DNA of 64,000 nucleotides from positions 96,224,001 through 96,288,000 of the forward strand of contig OX597817.1 in the NCBI GenBank assembly GCA_951406725.2, given 5' to 3'. Below the pieces are notes generated by a model. It saw only the letters and a list, made by a program, of their open reading frames with translations, was not told where the DNA came from and made no database searches. Source of the stretch: Octopus vulgaris. Lineage: Eukaryota. The position numbers and the translations under genes were made by a program. Positions within the stretch are counted from its first letter, which is position 1. The number at the start of each line of letters is the position of its first letter. Shown here piece by piece: positions 40,766 through 54,346 of this stretch.

Positions 40766-42779
40766 AAGGAAAAAAAATGTTTGCGAATGTTTTATAAATA
40801 CAAGGAATAGTTTTTTTCATCAAAGTATGCATCCATATTGTCAATACAATTTTGCCATTTCAGCGGTAGCTTGTCCAGCCCGGAAATATAAAAGCCTGGC
40901 AATCTAGAATCAATAAAATCTTGGAAGGCCTGTTTTACAGCATCATCGGAATTAAATTGTTTTCCTATCAAAATGGTAACCAAATTCTGGAAGAAGTGGT
41001 AGTCAGTAGGGGCAAGATCAGGTGAGTATAGTGGATGATGGAGAACTTCCAACTTCAACGCCTGTAGTTTCACCAATGTCATTTTTGCGATGTGTAGTCT
41101 GGCGTTGTTTGCAGTAAAATAGGAGTGGATCTGTTGACTAATCTAGGCTGGGTTTTTTTGTTTGTTTTGTTTTTTTTTTGTAAATTTCTGCATCATTTGG
41201 TCCAGTTGGCCGTTATTGATGAGCAGGTTTAATGAAATCATAATGGATCACACATGCGCCAGACCACCAAACACACACCATCAGCTTCTTTTGATGAATT
41301 TTGCTTTTTGGACTGTGTTTTGGTGGCTCGTCTTTGTCCAACCATTGTGCTGAATGTGTAAGGTTGTTGTATTGGATCCATTTCTCATCACTGTTATAAT
41401 TCGATTTCAAAATTATCCATCTTTGTGACGAGAAAGTAGCATAATGCAGGCTTCCAAACATTGCAGTTTCTGATTTTCATTGAGTTCATGTGGAACCCAC
41501 TTATCCAACTTTTTCACTTAACCGATTTGAAATCGGTGAGTCAATATTGTTTCCTTGCTAACACCAAACAACAATAATAATTCACGGACACTTTGAGAGG
41601 GATCTGACTCGACGGTGGCTTTCAGTTCGTCATTATCCACCTTTGTTTCTGGTCGACCGCGTTGCTCATTTGTGAGGTCAAAGTTACCAGAATAAAATTT
41701 TGCAAACCAATTTGATACTATCTGCTGTGTAATAACATTGGAATGAAATATTCTATTAATATTCCGAGCTATCTGTAATGTTGTATTTCCAAGAAAGAAC
41801 TCATATTTCAAAATTGTACGAATTTCCGGCTTATCCATCTCTAAACAAAAACAGTAAAAAACGATTTATAAATATTTTATAAAGCGCAAAATGAGTTAGA
41901 ATAAAGAAATAGATGTGTCAACTTTCTAACAAAAACTAAAGATTATCAAAATATAATAATGACGCAGCATGAGCAGCTGTCAAAGTTTACCATATGCCTT
42001 ACTACAAATTTCATACTTGACGACCTAATATCTATTAGGTTTCTCCACATTTTTGTATTCGACATTTTCTATATATACCGAATAAAAATCAGTCAATTTT
42101 CTATTGACCAGTGAACACTTTACCGTCATTTAGTCTGATTAGTGCTAATGTAAGCACACTCATTTCACTGTCATCTTACTGGAGTTACTCTGTAATCTCG
42201 TATCTCAATCTTATATCCTTGCTATTAATGAGTGCGCATTTTCTGTCTACTGTTCTGTTGCTTTATTGATTGGTTACCTCACTACTGTTCACCAGTTGTA
42301 AACAAAATGGTTGCCATCTCCCTTGTTTCTTTACAAGTTATGCTTGTTTTATTTTATCGTCCCAATTTACGTCTCCCATTGGTTCTTATATTTTACTTCA
42401 ATGTTCTACCACAAGGATACGAGGCAAGGGAGGTGGTTGATTCTAGAAAGGCTTAATTTTTCGCGCAAAAGATCGAACGGTTGCAGAGATGCGGTTCAAA
42501 TCTTGCACGTGATTCCTATTACGTAGTGTTTTTTTCAGGATAAGCTTTTTGCATTCTCAAAAGATTGAAGAGTTATCTATGCAATACTATAGCTTGATTA
42601 TATCATTCATTGGCTTCATCATCTTTTATGCTCAGTTGTTTATTCGTGCACAATCCTTAATTATTGTTATTTGGTATTTCTTTTGCTTACTCTCTTTGTA
42701 CGCAAGTCTTGTCTGTTTGGTTAGTGCATTAAATATACAGAGATTAACCAAAGCCTGAGTCTTTGGTTCTTACTATCTG

Positions 42780-43640
42780 TCAGAGATCGTTTTCTGGACA
42801 AACCAAAAACGGCAGTTGAGCATGTATTTGCTAATAAGGTCTTTTTCGATCAGTTACATGCATACGAATGCTTTGGTATCCAGATAAGTCCCAATTCTAT
42901 ATCAGAGATGCTTATTTATGGAAGGGCTTCGAAAAACTTTGGAAAGTAATGTTTGGGCTGCCTATGGCCAGCGAAGCAAATTCATGAAAAGAGATACTGG
43001 CTCTCAATGTTGGTCTATGTTTAACGATTAACGACACTACAACATTTCTTAAAAGGAACATGGTGGACAAAGATATGGCAATGTAAGAGAAATACTGGAC
43101 TTGATATCAGCATTTGACCCTGTCGTCTGCAAGTGGTTAATGAAGTAGGATTTAAATGTAAAGTATTTACAACATGATACTCAGAATGAGCATTTTTCTA
43201 TCTGGGCATTATTAATCAAAACGAAATAACTTAAGAGGTGTCTAAATCAACCGTGAAGAATTTATTGACTATCGAGCATATTGACTATTTGGCATTGAAT
43301 CACAGTTATACTGACTGTGCCGAACTCTGTTTTTGTTGACATTCAGACATGTGTCATACAATGCTGCACTGGTACCTCGATGAACGGAAAATCACTGATG
43401 TCCAAGCGAAGATACATGTTTCATTTGAAGTCCACGCCCACCGATTCAAAAAGGCTACAGAATTTTTTATTTTTTTTTGCACTAGAAGCAACATTACTTG
43501 TACGTGGCTCAGTCCACTGTGCATCAGTAGTTCAAAAAATTACAAGAAGAAAAAGCGACAATCAATGGAACTGAAAGGTATATCCAATACATGCTGGAAT
43601 TGTCTCTACGCATCATGATATGCAGTGTATTGCACATTTC
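42780..43640 (+). pseudogene. Highly degraded hAT (ZMYM1-like) transposase
   Basis: Fragments GNVREILDLISAFDP, KYLQHDTQNE and LKGISNTCW appear in the expected order. Confidence 0.45.
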
Positions 43641-46195
43641 TATTTCTTTTAAACATTATTTATTGCATTTTTATGAGAATACCACATCATCAGGGAGACT
43701 AACTGGAAACCAAATACTTCTAAACTTTTGTCTGTAAGTGTCTGTGTTCTCTTTCAATAAGTTCTTCTTTGATTCAAGCCTATGGCAAAGATGCCGCAAT
43801 CATTTTCATCGGATACAAGTGCAAGATACAAATCGTAGCGCGCTGCATTGATGAGATTGATATGGGACGAAACAAACTGAACTACGAAGATACATGGCAT
43901 ACAATTTAGCAACAGACCATTGAACTTGGTACAACCATCAGCTAGTTTGAGAGAAGCCAAAAATGGTGAGGCTAATTGCTACAGTATTTGGACTCGGCAG
44001 TCATTGAGATTGCTGATATCTGGCCCAGAAGTAACGAAGAGCCTTCTGCTTATTTTCGTGAGAATTCCATTTGTGTTTTGAATCGGATTTGCTAAGCCTT
44101 AAACATCACTTTTTTTGTGCGTAAGAAAGCAACCAAGAATAACATATATGTCGTTCAAAGCAATTATGTGAAATATAATTTCATTGTAGATTTTATTCAT
44201 ATAATGTACATGCTAATTTGACTTTCATTTAGTCTTGTTGCCTTCAGTGAGACTAAAGCAAGAAGTAGCTGTTCAGTTTTAGTGGAGCTGTGGTATGACT
44301 GAAAGTCATGGTATAATGAAAACTTTGTTTTAATTTTAAAAAGAGTGGAAGAGAACAGTGTAACATAGTAAACAACCTTATGAATATTTTTAAAGACTGT
44401 AAATAGAAATGTGAAAGAGCAAAGTAACCAAATTTAACAATCAAAAGAACATGCGACGAGAAAAAGAAAAGTTGAAACATCATCATTAACTTTTGTAAAA
44501 GCGACAAGTTAGCAGAACAGACTTATAATATTTTAATCTCAACTCTTAATGTAAAAATTCTACTGATGTCACTTCGCCTTTGCTAGATAAAATTAGCACC
44601 CGCAATCTTATAGGTAATTGGTTAAGAAGTAGATAGAGAGACTAATTTGCTAGAAATTTTATACAAAAACCGCCCAATATATAATAATACTATAATTCAC
44701 AGTACAAACCACTAATACGCAACTTAAAAGATATATTGCTTTCTGCTTTATTTAACAGCAAAAATCACTGTGTGTGTGTGTGTGTGAATTCAAATATCGT
44801 AGAAAAAGAAGCACTACGTGAAAAACTAAAAATTTTCAAAATGCTCCGAAAATAATTAATAACCTTCTTGGTGTTGTGTATTCATCTTCATGTTCGTTAT
44901 TAACACACAAACATTACACACACACGCACACACATAAACAATATGTATATACAACACATACATACATACATACATACATACATACATACATACATACATA
45001 CATACATACATACATACATACATACACACATACACACACACATACACACACACACACACATACATACATACATACATACATACATACATACATACATACA
45101 TACATACATACATACATACATACATAACACTTCAGCTAAACACATAGATACAATATATTTACTAGAAAACTAGTTAAACAGTGATGAAACCAATTTTGAA
45201 AATTGGGAACATCCGACCGCAACCTTTTAAAATTTCTCAATTTACAATCGTTAAATTCCAATTTACAAATGAGACAAGAGTACGGGACTCATATTTCGAA
45301 GAGCTGAATATCATGAAGTAGGAAGGAAATTTAAAACGAATACGTGGTGGTGGTGGTGGTGGTTGAAGTGAAAAGTTTTTTGTATCACCTATCACTTAAC
45401 GCATGCGCATCCCGAACTTGCCATTCGCTTTAGAAAGAAACCAGTTTCCCATTCGCCTGTTATATGCAATGACTATCACAAGGGCAGACATTTGATAAAG
45501 CATGGCTGTTTTTGTCTTAACCTGTATTTGGTCATGGTCAGTCTTAACCTGTATTTGGTCATGCATTCTCAAGAGCACGCAAATTATCTGATGTGGGAGT
45601 TAGTTATCAACATTGACAAACAAGGGAAAAGAAGAGGGAGAACTTACACGAAGAACATAGTCTGCAAACAAGTATTGGATTAAATGATGTACGCAAATTG
45701 AAATGTGTATTGGCTCTTACCTATTACCTTGGCTTATAAGTTAGCAATGATGTGGTTTCCAGAGTATGTCATGCTGCATTAAATATTTACCCCCGTGAAA
45801 TTATAACTCCTATATTTTACATATAAATTTTTTTGGGTATAAAATTTCGCATAAAATTTTTGAAATTGTGACCATGTAATTTTAAAATCTAATTCTTTCT
45901 GTTTATGGGGAAAACGGAAAAATAAGAGTGAATATCTATCTTGTGAGTGTTGTGTATTAAGTCAATAAAATTGTGCATTAAGTATATAAAGTATATATAT
46001 ATATATATAATTATAATTAGCGTTCAGCTAACTGCTTCACCACATACCGAGATTAGAAAAAGGAGTTAAAAATTCCTTTCTTGCTACTATAAGAATCTCC
46101 ATGACGGTAAACATACTTTTTTTTACAAAGGCAAAGAGAAAAACAACGAATCAACACGACCAGGATTAATTAATTAATTATATATATATATATAT

Positions 46196-46267
<72 letters not shown>

Positions 46268-46365
46268 CTGATGAATAGCAGATGAGCGACTATATTTCCA
46301 TACAGACACAACACAGGCTACGCTTTCAGGTTTTTGGGGATACATTTTCAGGAATACAATTAATT

Positions 46366-46392
46366 CCGTGAAATATTCACGGGTCCCACTAG
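46366..46392 (+). mobile_element. Helitron 3' terminus
   Basis: CCGTGAA-ATA-TTCACGG hairpin followed by CTAG|T. Confidence 0.65.
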
Positions 46393-48315
46393 TAATTTAA
46401 AGAATATAAAAAGAAATATGAAGTATTGAAATTGTGAAATTAAAGAAATCTGGTTCTGAAAATGAAGAGAAGACTAAACTTTATTTATTTACTTTTTTAT
46501 TATTTATTTATTTATCCAAATGTGTCCATATTTACTGTTTTCAGTGGATGAACGAATTGCAGTAAGGTTTGTTGAATGAATTTTAGATGGATAATAATGA
46601 ACAAATTCAGGGACAAATTACAATAAACCGCAAGGAAACAATTATTGCAGCTGCAGAAATTTGATCAAGCAAACTGGTAAGACGTTTAAATTGCCAAAAC
46701 GTTATATATATTTATATTTAAATGTTCATCAAAATGTATAATAGAGGTTAAAGGAAAACCTGAAATACAGTATCACAATAATTCTGGTTACTTTCATTAA
46801 AAGGTTGGTAGAACGTTAAGCATAACGTCAAAGAAATCTGTTCAAACTGAAAACTGCAAATTGAAATCATAATTGTTTTCAAGTCAAGGTTCCAGGTCGC
46901 TCGTAGCAAAACTTTCCTCTCTGAAGGCTTAACGAGCCAGAACTTCCCATTTTATAACTTACGAATAGACGTTAAAAATGAGGGCGGTCCAAGTAAAACT
47001 AAATGGATCCGACCATCACGCGGTGGACCAAAATGGGCAGTCAAAAGTAAAAAAGCTACAATGTGAGCAGCTAAAGTTCACAAGCGCTTGTGCTACCGCT
47101 ACATCTACTATCTCACCAGAGAATCAACCGTGAGGACGATAAACAAAAGCATAATAAAAATGTAACCAGGAAAACTATACAACAAATGTTACCAAAATGT
47201 ACATGTAAATAGAAAAAGCATGTTTGCTGCTATCTCTAACATCAGCAAAAATCAAGAAAGCATGTAACAAAAGCAATGACAGTAAATTGTGTGTAACAAA
47301 TAGTCATAGATCTTTGAAATTCCAAAATGTACTGTATAGAACAGTATCAGTGTTTCAGAAGTGAAAAATTTTTATACAATGTCGAACCAGTGGTAAAAAT
47401 GTTAAACTGAACAATGTTTAAGAGTACCAAAAAAAATAATAATTAGTAATAATATGTATGTACTAATTTGGCAGACCAATGAACTTTTCTTATACTTCTT
47501 ATAACACGGGTTGAAAGTGCAGAATCTGTAGTTGTTGTGTTAGTGCGTGGAGTAATTTGTTGTTGTACAGTAGATATGGAGTAAACTGCTGTTGTTCAAT
47601 AGATGAATCAATAGATGGTCTTTTAATGCGATCAATATTCACAGTTTGTTGTTTGCCATTAACATCTAACACCATAAATTTAGGTTTTACTTTAAGAACT
47701 TGCCATGGGCCACAATAAGAAGGTTGAAGAGGTTGTTTAGCGAAATCGTTGCGAATAAAAACATGAGTCCATGAACGAATATCAGGAGACACAAAAGACT
47801 TGATTGAATGTGCTCTAGTAATCAAAGGAGGTAATTATTTGATGTAATTTTCTAAACGATGTACGTAATCAGCCGGATCAGAAATTTGTTCAGGAGTAGC
47901 AGGTGCGATCATCTGCCCAGGAAAGCAAAGTGTGGATCCGTAGAGATGTTCCACTGGAGAAAAATCTAGATCTTCCTGTTACATATTCATATCTGTGTGT
48001 TTGCGAATGCCAAACTACTCCCTACTCTTGGCACTATTTTGTAGTGAATAGTACGAACTGTGTGAAAAGTAAACAATGTATCACTACACAAATGTCGTCC
48101 GTGTAATCAAGTAACGTCAATAAACACGTTAAATAATAACAAAGGTTTTAAACTGGTTGTCTTTCCCAATACAACAAACCACACGCATAACATGGTGGCA
48201 GCGGTAAACAATTAATCCGGAATTGTGCTTTTAAAACAAAACAGGAACACAACGAACGTGGAATTAGCAAACAAAACATCGCTACGCTTCGGACAACATA
48301 AACAAAGAATCCAAG

Positions 48316-49149
48316 ATGGCGACCCCCGTCGCCGTACAGATGAATCTGCATCCGATTATGGACTGGGATTCTAGTGATGTCGTTAAAGAATTTAAAAAAT
48401 TCAAACAAAAAGCTCAACTAGCTTTCAAAAGTTTCCTGAAAGGCACAACTGACGATGAAAAGGTAAGTTACATCCTTTTATGGTCAGGTAATAAAGGAAT
48501 AGACCTATACAATAGCTGGGATATGTCAGAATCAGACTGCAATGACCCAGATACACTTCTTGAAAAATTTGAGAGGCACTTAGAGCCCGGGTCAAACCAC
48601 AGAATTCAGAGATACGAATTCCAGGGCCTGAAACAAGCCCCACAAGAAACAATAGACAATTTCCTGTCAAGACTGAAAAATGTTGCAGAGAAATGCAAAT
48701 TCAAAGACAGGGAGGAGAGAATTGTAGACCAATTAATATGGGGGTGTGCCCACAAAGAAGTGCAAAAATCCCTCATAGGTAAGGACGCTCTCCAGTTGGT
48801 AGAATCAGTAGACACTGCAAGAGCATTTGAAGCCACTACCAAACAGATGGCCTCACTAAGCTTACAAGCAAGCCCACTAGATAGCAGTATAGATACTGTA
48901 TCAAGGCACAGGACACAAATCCACAAACAAAGAACTTGCCAGTACTGTGGTACAGAGCATGAATTTAATGACCGAAAAAAATGTCCTGCATTCGGTACAC
49001 ACTGCAAAGGATGTGGAAAACTGAACCACTGGGAAAAAATGTGTAGGATAACAAAATCCCAGAGATATAAGTTTCAAAGAGGAGCAGCAATAGAAGGGAT
49101 ATACATGCACAACAGCAGGAACAAAGCACCTCAGAGGAGGAATTCTTAG
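48316..49149 (+). CDS. Gag with two CCHC knuckles
   Basis: QAPQETIDNFLSRLKNVAEKCKF; CQYCGTEH...C and CKGCGKLNHWEKMC. Confidence 0.85.
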   Translation: MATPVAVQMNLHPIMDWDSSDVVKEFKKFKQKAQLAFKSFLKGTTDDEKVSYILLWSGNKGIDLYNSWDMSESDCNDPDTLLEKFERHLEPGSNHRIQRYEFQGLKQAPQETIDNFLSRLKNVAEKCKFKDREERIVDQLIWGCAHKEVQKSLIGKDALQLVESVDTARAFEATTKQMASLSLQASPLDSSIDTVSRHRTQIHKQRTCQYCGTEHEFNDRKKCPAFGTHCKGCGKLNHWEKMCRITKSQRYKFQRGAAIEGIYMHNSRNKAPQRRNS

Positions 49150-49166
49150 CAATCGGCATAATAAAT

Positions 49167-50417
49167 GTGCATGAGATGAGAAAGGACGACCGAAGGAAAG
49201 AAGATGAGGCATACACGACGATAAAAATTCAAAAGAAGGCCGGAAGGAAAAGAACAAACATAGACTTAAGGCTGAAGATAGACACTGGGGCCCAGAGTGA
49301 TATCTTGTCTGTCGGCTTATACAAAAAGATGTTCCCAGAAAATATGACAGAAGAGGATAGGGTCAGGAAAGGAATCCTCACACCAAGTGATGTGGTCCTC
49401 ACTGCGTACGGAGGTACCAGAATCCCACAACTGGGGAAAACAACAATAAAGGGGACACACAAAGGGAAATCAATCGAGTGTACATTTTATGTGACAAGAA
49501 CAGAAGGCCCAGCAATTCTTGGACTCGATACCTGCAGGAGGTTAAATATTGTGTCGGTCAATGCTGAAGTGAAAGCAGCTCCAAGCAGGATTGTAAGTGA
49601 TATGCCTATCAAAAACCGACCACCAATCACAAACAAAAAGGAGATGGAAGGACTAAGCAGAAAGGTCCATCACATTGTAAATGTGACAACCAATAAGAGC
49701 ATGAACAAAGACATAGAAAAGTACAAAACCTCACAACAAAAGGAGGAAATGATATCTGGTGACATCCCAAGAAGGCCATGGCAAACTATTGGAGTAGATC
49801 TATTCACAGAAGGCCAAGAATGGTATTTAATAATGGCCTGCTACTACTCCAAATTTCCATTTGTGAGAAAAGTGAAAGACCTGACAAGCAAAACAATCAC
49901 TACAGTGGCCCGAGGACTCCTAGCAGAGCAAGGAATACCAGAGCAGATCATATGTGACAATGGAACCCAGTTCACGTCACAAGAATTCAAAAAGCTAGCT
50001 GATGAATATGGGTTCAATATTGCAACTTCATCTCCACACTGCCCCGAAGGTCATGGGTTTATAGAAAGACAGGTGCAGACAGTGAAGAGAACACTAGTCA
50101 AATGCCGGAAGACTAGGGAAGACCCACACCTGGCACTTATGTCCCTACGAGCGACTCCACTGAGAGCTAATATGAAATCCCCAGCAGAATTGCTGAATGG
50201 CAGGAAGTATAAAACTACCCTGCCAACTAAGATTCAACCTCCTATTGACCAAAAAGAAACAAGGGCCAAGCTAGCAGCCACTCAAGAACAAGCACAGAGG
50301 CATTGCAACAAACATGCACAACATTTACCTGAGATGCTTGGAGGACAACATGTGCATACTCAAGATCCCATAACTAAAACATGGATCCCAGAGCTGAAAC
50401 TCCAAGATCAAATATGA
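49167..50417 (+). CDS. Aspartic protease fused in frame to integrase core (no RT or RNase H)
   Basis: LKIDTGAQ..AILG protease, then PWQTIGVDLF, CDNGTQF, GFIERQVQ (D,D,E). The frame is open from 49071 and is -1 relative to gag. Confidence 0.85.
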   Translation: MHEMRKDDRRKEDEAYTTIKIQKKAGRKRTNIDLRLKIDTGAQSDILSVGLYKKMFPENMTEEDRVRKGILTPSDVVLTAYGGTRIPQLGKTTIKGTHKGKSIECTFYVTRTEGPAILGLDTCRRLNIVSVNAEVKAAPSRIVSDMPIKNRPPITNKKEMEGLSRKVHHIVNVTTNKSMNKDIEKYKTSQQKEEMISGDIPRRPWQTIGVDLFTEGQEWYLIMACYYSKFPFVRKVKDLTSKTITTVARGLLAEQGIPEQIICDNGTQFTSQEFKKLADEYGFNIATSSPHCPEGHGFIERQVQTVKRTLVKCRKTREDPHLALMSLRATPLRANMKSPAELLNGRKYKTTLPTKIQPPIDQKETRAKLAATQEQAQRHCNKHAQHLPEMLGGQHVHTQDPITKTWIPELKLQDQI

Positions 50418-53268
50418 TAGAAACAGAATCTGGTAGGCAGCTGAAACAACAGGGCCCACATCCGCCCAACACCAGAGCTGCCGAGGAAAACGTGTACAAC
50501 ACACCTCAGACACCGGTGCGAAGCAGAAGATCCACCAGATGGAGAAAGAACATTCTGCCACCGGTTCGATACCGCTAAAGAAAAAGAAAAGACATGATGA
50601 AAATCCATAGAGCAAGGGAGACTACTCATAGTTGTCTTCACTGCCAAGAGACCCCTTTTTTTTTTCAAGAAGAAGGGATGTTACATATTCATATCTGTGT
50701 GTTTGCGAATGCCAAACTACTCCCTATTCTTGGCACTATTTTGTAGTGAATAGTACGAACTGTGTGAAAAGTAAACAATGTATCACTACACAAATGTCGT
50801 CCGTGTAATCAAGTAACGTCAATAAACACGTTAAATAATAACAAAGGTTTTAAACTGGTTGTCTTTCCCAATACAACAAACCACACGCATAACACTTCCT
50901 TAAAAACAGGAAGACCTAAGAGAATAATTTGTAATGCTTCCAGCCATCTGTTTGAATGAACGTAAGCACGTAAAGCAGATTTTAGCTGACGATGGAATCT
51001 TTCTATCATTCCATCAGCCATAGGATGATAAGCAGTGGTATGAATTCGTTGTGAACGTAGTAACTTTGAGAGCTCGGCCAAAATATTTGATCCGAACTGT
51101 CGACCATGATCAATAGTTATGGTCAAAGTAGTTATGGTCAAAGGGAACCAGTCAGCTACGAGAGCCTTCACGATGGTGAGAGCTGAAATATCCTTGATCG
51201 GAATGGCTTCAGGTCATCTCGAAAAATGATCGATGCAGGTCAGCAAATATTGATAATCTTGTACTGGTGGCAAAGGAGCGATGATATCAATATGAATGAG
51301 CTTAAAGCGGGCATCTGGGATGGAAAGAGTACCCAAAGGTGCCCGAATATGACGTTGCACTTTAGACTTCTGAAATATCGGGTGCGACAAATTATGGAGC
51401 GCCGAAAATGCAGTTCGTCTGTGCCCCTTAGGAACATAAGGTCAAGATATACTGGTAGACACGTCACACAGGTAGATGAATCTGAAGAAAATAATGGTAA
51501 CTGCCGGAGGTTCAAAGAGTGAGAATCCGATGACTTGAGAAACGAAAATTCTTGATCATAATATTGATCCAAGACTAATTGTTGAAAATCAATTGAATCA
51601 GAAGTGTGCAAAGCGTTAATATGAACGCGAGATAAGGCGTCAGTTGCAGCATTATCAACACCCTTGCTGTATTGAATGTCTAAGGTAAACTGAGAAATAA
51701 AATCCAAATGTCGTAAATCTCGGGGAGAAAATTTATCAGATTCTGATTTCAAAGAAAATGTTAATGGTTTGTGATCTGTAAAAAGTGTCAGAAATTTTTA
51801 GCAGCAAGATAAGCAGGTATTACATCTAGACTCGGTAGGCTTGAATCCGCGAGAAAAAAATGCAAGTGATTGTCTGTTACCACTGACCAAGTGTTGAACA
51901 ACTGCGCCTACACCGACATCATATGCATCAACCACCACTGACAAAGGTACCTCAAGAATGTAGTGTGCTAACTGTTACTTTGGATAACTGATCCTTGATA
52001 TTTTCAAAAGCTTGCAGTTAAGAAGAATCTAGTGGTATAGCTTCGTTCTTCTTACGATTTTTCAAGAGTTCAGCAAGAGAACAGATAGTTTCCGTACAAT
52101 GAGGAATGAATCTCCTGTAGAAATTCATGAGACTAAGAAATTCGCGTAACTTCCGTAATGAAGTAGGAGTAGGGAAATAGTTTCAATACGAATACGAATA
52201 ACTTCAATTTTATCAGGTAATGTCAATCGAATGTCCTAGAAAAGTGAGTGAAGGAACGCCAAACACACATTTACTAGCCTTAATAATTACATCATATTTC
52301 GTCAAACGAGTAAAACGTTGCTGCAAGTGTGATAAATGGTCTTCTTCAGTAGAGCTAGCTATCAAAAGATCGTTGATTTAGGTGAAGACAAAATTTAACC
52401 CACGAGTTACTTCATCCATGAAGCATTGGAAAGTGCTGGCAGCGTTTCTCAAACCAACTGACATGCACAAATTCAAAAAGGCCAAATGGTGTGGTTATGG
52501 CGGTTTTAGGAATGTCAGACGGTTCAACTGGAATTTGGCTTTAAACTCGCACCAAAGCGATTTTAGAAAAGATAGAGCAACCGTGCAAAGATGCTGAAAA
52601 ATCATGTAAATTGGGTTACGGATAATGATCAGGAATTGTCATGGCATTTAAACGACGAAATTACCACATGACCGTCAGTCTGAAGAATTTTTCTGGGAGA
52701 CAAATATTCCTAAGTCAAGCATGTGACGAAACTCATCTTTAGCGACTCTGAGTTTGTCTAGAGCAAGATGCCGAGGAGCAGAAACCACAGGAGGACCTTT
52801 AGTAAGAATATATTGCGTTACAGAGTACACTGGAGATTTATTTTGAAAAACGGTTTGGGTCAACTCTGGAAATTTTGATAGCAACTCATGAAAGACATTC
52901 GAAGGAGATAGAATTAAAAAATAGAGAACTAATAGTAGCAATACTTGCAAACGCACCTTGAGTAGAAAGAAGAGTTTGTACCACGACACAAAGAATGAAA
53001 TAAATCCGATAAATTTTAGATGTATGCTCCTAATTACGATTTCAGAGATACTATCGAATAGACAAGAGTCACTTGGCTTTGCTGCAGCATACATTAAAGC
53101 CTTAGTGGATATTCAGTTGAGACAGAAAATAAGAATAAACGTAACTTTATACTGTGTTACATGTGCTAGCGAAGGTTATAATTGTAAACTAAAAAACATG
53201 TACGAATAAGATTACATACAGTACGAAGAATATACAGCTACATACTCGCGCGCGCGCATAAACATGCA

Positions 53269-53344
<76 letters not shown>

Positions 53345-54305
53345 CGTGTGTGCGTGCGTGTGTGCTTGTGTGTAACGAACAGCAACCAACTTTCTGAGGA
53401 AGGATTCGAAATCAAACCCATATATTTCTACGAGTCAACGGCCTATTGTTTTAGCCTGTTGCACCAAAAAATTTATGAGAATATACTGACCCCTTGATTT
53501 TTTTCGAGGCATTCATCTGTCAAAGCTGACTAGAGAAGAAAAATTCCTTGTTTTCGATTGATCTAATTCAATTATGAAGAATATAAATACGAAAAGCAAA
53601 TCGCTTTCTATCTCTCTTTGGGTCGATCCCTCTCTGACCAAAGAGCAACTTTTTCAGTCAACGCGCGAAAATAGCTTTATCACTTTCTTTACTTCCCTTG
53701 ACTTTATTACTATTTCTTTCTCACGTAGTCACAGAGATGAAATTATTAACAAATGGACTGAAGATCTACAAAGAACTTATGTGTACACAAACAGAGGTAC
53801 TATCGAATAGACAAGAGTGACCTCTATAAAAAGTTATATTTTCTATATTGTAATGACATAATAATCATATTAATAAATACATTTGACCGGCAGATTTAGA
53901 AAATAATTTTTTGTAAGTAAACACTTTCAAACTTCGTAAACTGGTAGAATGTGTCATATAAAACATCTTTTATTCTTAGTGTTTTTTAGAAAAGTTTATG
54001 TTTACGAAGTTGTTTCGTTTTAAAGTTGTCGTATTTCGGTAATTTCAACGAATCAATGACGTGTATTCAGTTGAATAAAATTACTGCTGTTGTTTGTCAA
54101 CAGCAACTCCTTCCATCCAAGTTTGTCATTCTTTTGTTTACATTTCATATCGTACAGTTAACTATGTTTTCTGTTCGGCAAATTTTTATTTGCTTACATG
54201 TTGGCACGTTCATAAGCCTGCAAACAATTTTGTTCAGAGTTCTGTGAATACTAATTCTACGAAGATTGATTCCTCGAAGACTGATTCCGCGAAGGTTAAT
54301 ACCGT

Positions 54306-54346
54306 GTATTGATGAAGGGAAATACCCTGAAACCAGAGTGGTCTAC
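54306..54346 (+). ncRNA. Type I hammerhead motif with a C3U core change, in a PLE-type pseudo-LTR (to ~54500)
   Basis: GUA-UUGAUGA-AGGG(AAAUA)CCCU-GAAA-CCA(GAG)UGG-UC-UAC. Confidence 0.65.

Larger units (their letters stand above)
40343..42028 (-). mobile_element. Mariner DNA transposon, full length with frameshifted transposase (~41838-40792)
   Basis: 27-bp TIRs TTAGGTCGTCARGTATGAAATTTGTAG (40343-40369 / 42002-42028); TA TSD; WVPHEL, DEKWI and HPLYSPDLAPTDYHFF motifs. Confidence 0.92.
47977..50894 (+). mobile_element. Young 2.9-kb Ty3/gypsy (Mag-like) LTR element lacking RT and RNase H
   Basis: 216-bp LTRs at 47977-48192 and 50679-50894 (TG..CA, 1 mismatch); tRNA-Leu PBS TGGTGGCAGCGGT; PPT AAGAAGAAGGGA; 5-bp TSD CTTCC. 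Confidence 0.95.
46784..52930 (-). mobile_element. Old Ty3/gypsy element (degraded RT, RNase H, integrase, 3' LTR) interrupted by a younger LTR element
   Basis: RT (~52900-52250), RNase H (DHKPL, RHLDFISQF), IN (HTTAYHPMADGMIERFHRQLK; PLQPSYCGPW). A PPT-like tract precedes TGTAGCGG at 47103. The LTR end is approximate. Confidence 0.8.
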
